Virus record (IMG/VR): IMGVR_UViG_2778261535_000007
Coordinates: 1 to 5,700 of that record
Origin: a virus
Lineage: Duplodnaviria > Heunggongvirae > Uroviricota > Caudoviricetes
Direction: 5' to 3' (one strand)
DNA length: 5,700 nucleotides
Part shown: one piece after another, positions 1 through 5,700 of the stretch
How the letters are laid out: each line of letters begins with the position of its first letter
Numbering within the stretch: position 1 is the first letter of the stretch
Position numbers and translations under genes: made by a program
Notes under the pieces: model-generated
Seen by the model: the letters and a program-made list of their open reading frames with translations, nothing else
The model's database searches: none
Told to the model about the DNA's origin: nothing

Positions 1-1434
1 ATGCTGTCTTTAGAAGATAGATTAAAGTCATGTGGTACAATAGAATTGTATAATGAGAAAGCTAAACAACATAATGTAATAATAAAAAACACGGAGGATG
101 CATTAAAAAAAATAATTTCAAGAATCAACACCGCTCAAGAATTAGTATCTTCAATTGAAAATAATTTCAGTATATATCGTTCTAAAAAACAGGATAAAGG
201 AAAGAAAAAGAACGCCTTCGAGCGGTTGATGAACTCTATTAAGGTAGAAAAGGAATTATTTGTTGAGGAAGTGAAATATAATAATTTTCTAAAGGGTTTA
301 AATAAAGAATATGAAGAATTTTATAAGGCGGCTTATGATTTCAAAAGAACCAAAGAGTTGCAGATTCTTGCTGGAATAAATAATTCTATAGTGCATTATT
401 ATAATGAAATAAATAAACATGATGACGATAGCGAAAAATTGAACGATATATCGTTTGTTTATGTTGAGTCTTTGAAATCATATCGATTACAACTTGATAT
501 CAACGGTGTTCCGGCTGATGCTTTTGTTAGACTGTCCGAGGGACATCTTAAATCATTAGGGCTGGCAATACTTTTAGCATTGGCGAAAAAGAAACAATCT
601 CAATTTATTGTTTTCGATGATGTAGTTAATGCTATAGATACTGAGCATAGGTCTAATATAATTAATACATTCTTAACTGATCCGTATATTAAAAGAACAC
701 AAAAGATAATCACCACTCATGATAAATTGTTCTGGGAATTGTATAGCAATCGAGAAAAGAGTTTAGGTAATGGGGAGTTCTCAAGTTTTATTCTTGAGTG
801 CTATCCTCATGGAATTCATTTTGAGGAGCGCGATATTTCCTTTGAGGGAAAAATATCAGAAAGTTTAGAACACTATGATATTCGGCAGGCGCTTATTTAC
901 TGTCGTATCTGGTTTGAGTCATTAGCAACCGAACATTGTGTAGCGTCAGAATTAAGTCTTACAGCAAGTTTTACTAACAGGGATTATGTAAAGCCAAATT
1001 TACTTAAAGTTAGTTTGGAGAAAATGTACGCGGTACTTATTGGTTCTTTAGGCGATAGATTGGAAAATATTAATGAAATTAAAAATAATTTTTTGAGCTG
1101 GGGGATACAAAATCAGGAACACCATGCTTTTAGCGAAAATAACTATAATATAATTCATTCCAAGACTAGCCAGGAAATACAGGTTATATTTGATTCGATT
1201 AGGAAGTTTAAAATACAACTATCACCAACAGTTAGTCTTGTTAGTTTGACTGATCAACTTTTATCACTAAATGATAAAATAAATGCCATTGAAAATAGAA
1301 TTCAAAGTGCCAATCCTGCAGTTCCAGTGGATGTTATTCGAAAATGGAGTAATGATAAATCTAGATTAGTGAAAGAAAAAGAAAAAGTAGATGAGTTGAA
1401 GGTCTATTGTGAAAGCTGTATCCCTCAAGTTTAA
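1..1434 (+). CDS. ABC/SMC/RecF-like ATPase, C-terminal part (5'-partial at window edge), fused to an uncharacterised ~230-aa C-terminal domain; candidate anti-phage defence protein
   Basis: Uninterrupted 477-codon ORF ending in TAA at 1432..1434. It contains an ABC signature-like motif LSEGH (nt 532..546), a Walker B-like FIVFDD (nt 604..621), a D-loop-like AID, and an H-loop-like KIITTHD (nt ~703..723). No Walker A/P-loop lies N-terminal to these within the window, so the true start is probably upstream and the ATG at position 1 probably internal. The N-terminal ~170 aa are Lys/Glu-rich and helical-looking. GC is about 28-30% (counted on the first 60 nt), against >50% in the adjacent phage genes. 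Confidence 0.7.
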   Translation: MLSLEDRLKSCGTIELYNEKAKQHNVIIKNTEDALKKIISRINTAQELVSSIENNFSIYRSKKQDKGKKKNAFERLMNSIKVEKELFVEEVKYNNFLKGLNKEYEEFYKAAYDFKRTKELQILAGINNSIVHYYNEINKHDDDSEKLNDISFVYVESLKSYRLQLDINGVPADAFVRLSEGHLKSLGLAILLALAKKKQSQFIVFDDVVNAIDTEHRSNIINTFLTDPYIKRTQKIITTHDKLFWELYSNREKSLGNGEFSSFILECYPHGIHFEERDISFEGKISESLEHYDIRQALIYCRIWFESLATEHCVASELSLTASFTNRDYVKPNLLKVSLEKMYAVLIGSLGDRLENINEIKNNFLSWGIQNQEHHAFSENNYNIIHSKTSQEIQVIFDSIRKFKIQLSPTVSLVSLTDQLLSLNDKINAIENRIQSANPAVPVDVIRKWSNDKSRLVKEKEKVDELKVYCESCIPQV

Positions 1435-1444
1435 AATTAAAATC

Positions 1445-1465
1445 AAGCCCCGTTTTTCGGGGCTT
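1445..1465. terminator. Bidirectional intrinsic terminator hairpin between convergent genes
   Basis: Perfect 8-bp GC-rich stem AAGCCCCG (1445..1452) / CGGGGCTT (1458..1465) with a TTTTT loop. On the minus-strand transcript the stem is followed by GAUUUUAAUUUUA; on the plus-strand transcript by GGUUAUAUUAAUU. It lies 10 nt after the stop of the + gene (1432..1434) and 2 nt after the stop of the - gene (1468..1470). Confidence 0.6.
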
Positions 1466-1467
1466 GG

Positions 1468-1794
1468 TTATATTAATTGATTACTGAGTAGATCCAACGC
1501 AAGTTGTTTTTCTTCCGGCTTAAGTCGGTCAATCAGGAATTTAACCAGCTTGTTGCCGGTCAGCCCGCTGGGGCTGAGGGTATGTGAAAACTGGGCGTTA
1601 AAAACAAAGGTGTGGCCGCATTCAACTTCCGTGCAGGCGCAGTATAAATCAGCCAGTTTTTTGTCTTTCCAGTCAGATTTACGAATGATGGCCGGTGAGC
1701 CGCATTCAGGACATTTAATTTTAAAAACTCGCATGTTCACCATCCCGCACGCCATTGCTAACAATGGGGATGATTTTAACTTAACTGCGCTCAT
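1468..1794 (-). CDS. Ogr/Delta-family C4 zinc-finger protein (putative late-gene transcriptional activator)
   Basis: The protein carries C-P-E-C, then 22 residues, then C-X4-C (CPECGSPAIIRKSDWKDKKLADLYCACTEVECGHTF). This C-X2-C-X22-C-X4-C spacing, with a conserved Y before the third Cys and TF after the fourth, matches P2 Ogr / P4 Delta as I recall them. Its ATG (1794..1792) overlaps the portal stop codon (ATGA). The real start could instead be an internal Met (for example MRVFKIKCPECG), giving about 88 aa. Confidence 0.7.
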   Translation of the reverse strand: MSAVKLKSSPLLAMACGMVNMRVFKIKCPECGSPAIIRKSDWKDKKLADLYCACTEVECGHTFVFNAQFSHTLSPSGLTGNKLVKFLIDRLKPEEKQLALDLLSNQLI

Positions 1795-2852
1795 TTTTCG
1801 CCCTTTTCGGTGGTAATTGTCGGGATATCCACGTCAAAAACCAGGTGCAAGTGTGCGGGGATCTCCGGGTCATTGTTGACGCCGTTCATTAGCTTGCGCT
1901 GCAAGGGGATAACTTCATCCTTGCGATAGGTTGTGCGGGCGGTTTCAGGGTTTCCCATTACCGCGCCGTTGGTCGGGATGATACCCGCCAGGCCAGCGGG
2001 GAAACGGTGGGCGGTAAAGATATCCTGTGCGGTGATCCCTTTGATGTTGGCAAATTCATCCTTTGCGCTGACTTCGCCCACTGGCATGATTTTAACCCCT
2101 TCCGGGTCGCCCTTCGGGATGTTGATAAACATATTGCGGAAGTTACCCAGCCCTTTGGACTGGGCGATCTTCTCTTTGATTTCGTTTTCCATTTCCAGCG
2201 TCAGATTGGGATCGCTGGTATAGAGAATAAAGCCCATGTGCGCCCCGTTATTGTAGTAACGGCGCCGGAAGATGGTTGCCTCACTGTTGAGTAACACCGA
2301 ATGGATGCCGCCGATATAGTCAGGCAGGCCATATACCTGCTGGCGCGGGTCGTACATTTTAAAAAAGACGATGTCTTCCGGGTCATAGATAAGCGCTGGC
2401 CCTTCCTGCAGAACAGCAAACGACCCGTCTTTTCGGCAGCGCAGATACAGCGACGGCAGCGGCATCAGGTCGATCACTTCCCCGAATACGTTACGAATTT
2501 TCAGAATCGCGACGTCACCAAATAGCATGTAATCAAAGACAGCCTGTTCGACCAGGTCAGGTGTCAGGCCGCCGCCGATGTAGCCACCGGCCACCATATT
2601 GCGCCGCGCATACAGTACCCCGCCGTGCTGGCCGTTAAGGTTCGGCAACTGGGCCAGCGCCAGGCGATCAATCGGAAGTCGCCAGTGGTCATACTCATTG
2701 TCATACCAGATATTGTGATAATCCGTGCCGGTCGTCAGGATGGGTTCGGGTTCGCCAAATGTGATCACGCTTCCGCGCCCTGGCGTGAAGGTTTCAACCT
2801 TGTTGCCGATCATGGACCTGAATTTTTTATTATTACGCTGTTTCTTTGTCAT
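1791..2852 (-). CDS. Q: Phage portal protein, P2 gpQ-like
   Basis: 353-aa ORF with conserved P2-family portal blocks as recalled (YGLPDY...LLNSEATIFRRRYY.NG.H.GFI, KG.GNFRN.F...P, EVSAKD.F.NIK). It lies immediately downstream of and overlapping the terminase ATPase gene, the same P-then-Q order as in P2. Confidence 0.93.
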   Translation of the reverse strand: MTKKQRNNKKFRSMIGNKVETFTPGRGSVITFGEPEPILTTGTDYHNIWYDNEYDHWRLPIDRLALAQLPNLNGQHGGVLYARRNMVAGGYIGGGLTPDLVEQAVFDYMLFGDVAILKIRNVFGEVIDLMPLPSLYLRCRKDGSFAVLQEGPALIYDPEDIVFFKMYDPRQQVYGLPDYIGGIHSVLLNSEATIFRRRYYNNGAHMGFILYTSDPNLTLEMENEIKEKIAQSKGLGNFRNMFINIPKGDPEGVKIMPVGEVSAKDEFANIKGITAQDIFTAHRFPAGLAGIIPTNGAVMGNPETARTTYRKDEVIPLQRKLMNGVNNDPEIPAHLHLVFDVDIPTITTEKGEK

Positions 2853-4660
2853 GCTGCTTTCCCAAAATACCAGCCCGATGGGCGGTCATATTCGTGATCG
2901 ATAGGTTCGTTAATTATGGCGTGCGAGATAGCGAAGAAAACATCTGCATGGCCGGTCGCGTCTGAACGTTCGGCAACAAATGTCAGCGCGTTGCCGCTGT
3001 TGGTTGTTGTGCGTCGGATAGCCATAAAGCTGGCCGGAATTTCGACGCGCTCTTTGTTCGTTTCGTCTACGGCGTCTTTTGCCCATTCGATGCGTTTACG
3101 CTCGACAACGTCGATCATCTTCATTACCAGACGGTTTTTGCTTTCGACGCTGTAAAGAATGGGTGTGGCTTCGCGCGGTGCAAACTTGCTGACCAGGTCA
3201 TAAACGCCCTTACCTATGCCGGTTGTATCGATCCCGATGTAAGTGATGTTAAAGCGGCGCATAAGCAGCTTTATCTGGTCGGCCTGCCAGCTGAAGTTAA
3301 AGCCCTGCCATTGCCAGACGGCCAGCACGCGGAAGCGCTCGCCGTCCTCTATGGGGGGCGCGATTAACACAAAGGTGGAGTTGTCGCCGGATCGTGACGG
3401 GTCGAAGCCTGCCCATACTTCGCGATTGCCGAAGGGCCGCGCAGCGGTCAGATCAAAGTCGCCCCATGTGGCCCGGTCCACTTCACAGCCGACAAGCGCG
3501 GAGAACTTGAACACCGCGTCCTTACTGTCAACGAACTGGCACATGTAGAGCATGGCGAACGCGGTCGGGCTGTATTTGTTGCGCAGCCGTTCAATATCGA
3601 CAAGCGTACCGAGGCCACCTTCGATAGCGTCTTCCATCGTGATGATGTAGCGCCAGATCTGGTCCGGGCAGAGAATACCCTGGCCCATTTCGCTTTCTGT
3701 CGGGAACTCCACACCTTTGCGTTTCGGGTCGTCCCCGCGCCAGGCTTCGCCAGTCCAGACCGGGTAAGCCTGGTGCGTTTTCGCGCTGGGCGTCGAAAAG
3801 TAGGTCGTCCGGTATTTGTTATGCGTTGCCATTGCGCTGGCAACTTCGTGCAGGCGCGTGAATTTCGGGATCCAGAAAACCTCATCGCCATACAGGTGGC
3901 CGTTAAAGCCCTGTGCTGTGCTGGCGTTCGTGGACAAAAAGCGCAGTATTGCGCCGTTACTGAGGCGGATATTTTTACCCGTCAGCGTCACGCCGAAATG
4001 GTTCTGGGCGATCTGGACGATGTATTCGCGGAAGATTTCCGACTGGGATCGGCTTGCAGAGAAAAAGACCTGGTTATCACCGGTAATGACAGCATCTTCG
4101 AATGCTTCCCAGGCGAAATAATAGGTCATACCCACCTGGCGGCTTTTCAGAATGAAGCGCCAGTCTTCGCCTTTATGTTCGCGGCAGTGCAGCTGGTACT
4201 CGAAGAGATGTTCCCGCGCCCAGGTGTCGAGCATTTCCGCTGTAATACCGGAAACGTCGTTTTTCTTATACCGGCGCTTTCTTTCCCCAGGTTCCCCGCC
4301 TGCGCTGCTGAGGCAGTACCCTTCACCATCATAAGCCGCTTTCTGGGCCTGAATTTCTGCCAGCTTTTCGGCGTGCTTGTTGCGCTGCGCCATGAGTTTC
4401 ACATGGTGAGCAATCAGATCGCGCAGTTCTTCCAGTTCCAGCGCTGTTTTTTTCTCGCGGCGGGAGAGCTGGTCGATACGGCGGGCGATGACATTTTCCA
4501 CCGATTCAACAGGCAGCAGTGATGCCCACTTCCCGACGTCAGCCCAGTGGTAAATTGTACGCGGTGGAATATTCAGTTCCTGCGCAATATCTTTCGGCGT
4601 CCAGCTTTTTATATAAAGCGTGCGGGCCGCTTCTTTTAATTCATCGGAATATTTAGCCAT
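2849..4660 (-). CDS. P: Terminase ATPase (large) subunit, P2 gpP-like
   Basis: 603-aa ORF of typical size and position for P2 gpP, divergent from the scaffold gene. Its stop overlaps the portal start by 4 nt. The N-terminus looks helix-turn-helix-like (TPKDIAQELNIPPRTIYHW). Confidence 0.92.
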   Translation of the reverse strand: MAKYSDELKEAARTLYIKSWTPKDIAQELNIPPRTIYHWADVGKWASLLPVESVENVIARRIDQLSRREKKTALELEELRDLIAHHVKLMAQRNKHAEKLAEIQAQKAAYDGEGYCLSSAGGEPGERKRRYKKNDVSGITAEMLDTWAREHLFEYQLHCREHKGEDWRFILKSRQVGMTYYFAWEAFEDAVITGDNQVFFSASRSQSEIFREYIVQIAQNHFGVTLTGKNIRLSNGAILRFLSTNASTAQGFNGHLYGDEVFWIPKFTRLHEVASAMATHNKYRTTYFSTPSAKTHQAYPVWTGEAWRGDDPKRKGVEFPTESEMGQGILCPDQIWRYIITMEDAIEGGLGTLVDIERLRNKYSPTAFAMLYMCQFVDSKDAVFKFSALVGCEVDRATWGDFDLTAARPFGNREVWAGFDPSRSGDNSTFVLIAPPIEDGERFRVLAVWQWQGFNFSWQADQIKLLMRRFNITYIGIDTTGIGKGVYDLVSKFAPREATPILYSVESKNRLVMKMIDVVERKRIEWAKDAVDETNKERVEIPASFMAIRRTTTNSGNALTFVAERSDATGHADVFFAISHAIINEPIDHEYDRPSGWYFGKAA

Positions 4661-4837
4661 GCGGCTATTATGGCGGGATTATTTTGCGGAATTGATAATT
4701 AAATATCGGTAAAAGGTGGCTATTCAGTTATAACCGAATACATAAGAAATAAAGCGGTCGCGCTGTTTTAATCAATTCGCAATACTGACCACCACAAACG
4801 AATCATTGTTATTTAAATTTATTATTAAAGGTCAGTT
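4661..4837. promoter_or_regulatory. Divergent late-promoter region between the P-Q operon (leftward) and the O operon (rightward)
   Basis: 177-bp AT-rich intergenic region between two divergent start codons, at the position of the P and O late promoters in P2. It contains an imperfect Ogr-box-like dyad, TGT-N12-GCA, at 4764..4781 (consensus TGT-N12-ACA) and an AAAGG Shine-Dalgarno 6 nt before the ATG at 4838. No clean -35 is seen, which is expected for activator-dependent late promoters. Confidence 0.45.
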
Positions 4838-5700
4838 ATGCCGCAACCTCATTACCGCACGGATTGGCTATGTATTGCCACATCTGGACAGGCTGTGGAC
4901 GGTCGCACCATTGAACCGCAATGGTTGATTGATGCGGCAGAAACCTACACCCGCAAAACCTACACGGCCATGATTTGGCCGCACCATCCGCAATGCGATA
5001 TCAGCGAACGTGAATTTACCTGCAATCTGGGGGAAGTGGACGCGCTGAAAGTGGAAACGGAAGGTGATGTCACGAAGTTATATGCCCAGTTAATCCCGAA
5101 TCAATTTTTAATTGAAGCCAATCGGCAGGGGCAAAAGTTATTTACGTCAGCAGAATTTGTCACTGATTTTGCAGGCAGTGGTCGTGAATATCTTTTTGGG
5201 CTGGCTGTGACGGATATTCCGGCAAGTCTGGGAACGGAAAAACTTAAATTCGTTTTAGCCGGTGAAGAAAAGGACGCCGAGCGCGGGAGTCTGGAAACAT
5301 TCAGTTTAGGAAAATTACAGACAAGTAAACCGGATAAAAAAAATTCTTTCTGGTCGCGTTTATTTTCGGCCAGTAAAGATTTTACGCCAACCCCAGAGCC
5401 AAACACTGATAAGCCCACCGAGGGCGACGGAGAAAAAATGGAAGAATTAAAAGCGCTCATTCAGCAAATGCTGGATCTGCTTAAAAGCGGTAAAGACGCC
5501 GCAACGGGTGATGCTGACACGGTTGATACCCCGGAACAGGCCGCTGATGTGGTGGCAGATGTTGCCGCCCAGATCGCTGATGCGGCCGACGAGGTGGCTG
5601 AGCTGGCGCAGGACGTTATCGAAAACCCGGAAGACGAAGTCAAAGCGGAAGAATTCAGCGCCGCCAAAGCCAACCTGGCAAAAGTCATGAAGTCATTCAA
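4838..5700 (+). CDS. O: Capsid scaffolding protein, P2 gpO-like (3'-partial, runs off the window)
   Basis: ATG at 4838 preceded by an in-frame TAA (4826..4828) and an AAAGG SD. I translated the frame by hand and found no stop through 5700 (287 codons). It is absent from the ORF track apparently only because it has no stop in the window. The Ala/Asp/Glu-rich C-terminal part and its position divergent from P match gpO. Confidence 0.85.
   Translation, partial: MPQPHYRTDWLCIATSGQAVDGRTIEPQWLIDAAETYTRKTYTAMIWPHHPQCDISEREFTCNLGEVDALKVETEGDVTKLYAQLIPNQFLIEANRQGQKLFTSAEFVTDFAGSGREYLFGLAVTDIPASLGTEKLKFVLAGEEKDAERGSLETFSLGKLQTSKPDKKNSFWSRLFSASKDFTPTPEPNTDKPTEGDGEKMEELKALIQQMLDLLKSGKDAATGDADTVDTPEQAADVVADVAAQIADAADEVAELAQDVIENPEDEVKAEEFSAAKANLAKVMKSF

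Noticed and set aside
1-3. ATG at position 1 as the true start of the left-hand gene
   Set aside because: The ATPase motifs present (signature, Walker B, H-loop) need an N-terminal Walker A that is not in the window. The ORF track simply begins at the window edge, so this is most likely a 5'-truncated gene, though a split ATPase with a separate N-half gene cannot be excluded.
1550-1816. 88-aa + strand ORF antisense to the zinc-finger gene and the portal 3' end
   Set aside because: It lies entirely within better-supported minus-strand genes, has no recognisable motif, and is a typical shadow ORF.
1933-2897. Several 72-96-aa ORFs (1933..2223 +, 2007..2294 +, 2201..2419 -, 2301..2525 +, 2625..2897 +) inside the portal gene
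   Set aside because: These are antisense or out-of-frame to the strongly supported portal CDS. Their Arg/Cys/Ala-rich translations are what GC-rich non-coding frames typically give.
2916-4522. ORFs of up to 249 aa (2916..3155 +, 3243..3548 +, 3448..3891 -, 3773..4522 +, 3816..4121 +, 4147..4332 -, 4152..4334 +) inside the terminase gene
   Set aside because: All overlap the 603-aa terminase ATPase CDS in other frames or on the other strand. Their composition is low-complexity and Arg/Ser/Ala-rich with no motifs, so they are shadow ORFs of a GC-rich gene.
5101-5700. Minus-strand ORFs 5101..5460 and 5461..5700 and + ORF 5508..5690
   Set aside because: They are antisense or out-of-frame to the scaffold CDS (4838..>5700), whose frame is open throughout and fits its position. 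The Ser/Ala-rich translations are shadows of the Ala/Asp/Glu-rich scaffold coding sequence.
1-5700. tRNA genes, CRISPR repeats, IS elements or integrase at the cargo junction
   Set aside because: I found no cloverleaf-like structure, no regularly spaced direct repeats, no transposase or integrase-like ORF, and no terminal inverted repeats. The only strong secondary structure is the terminator hairpin.

Overview
This window covers the head-gene end of a P2-family (Peduovirus-like) prophage, abutting an AT-rich accessory region. From the right: a partial capsid scaffold gene (gpO-like, + strand, runs off the window), a 177-bp divergent late-promoter region, and a leftward operon of terminase ATPase subunit (gpP-like), portal (gpQ-like) and an Ogr/Delta-type zinc-finger gene whose start overlaps the portal stop. 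A bidirectional hairpin terminator (1445..1465) separates this GC-rich core from a convergent, roughly 28-30% GC gene (1..1434, 5'-truncated by the window edge). That gene encodes the C-terminal half of an ABC/SMC/RecF-like ATPase followed by about 230 aa with no motif I can recognise. It sits where P2-like phages carry their old/tin anti-phage hotspot, so it is the best candidate for a novel defence component; its partners and N-terminus would lie upstream of the window. No tRNA, CRISPR array, transposase or cos site was detected. All assignments rest on motif recognition by eye and recalled family features; no searches were run.
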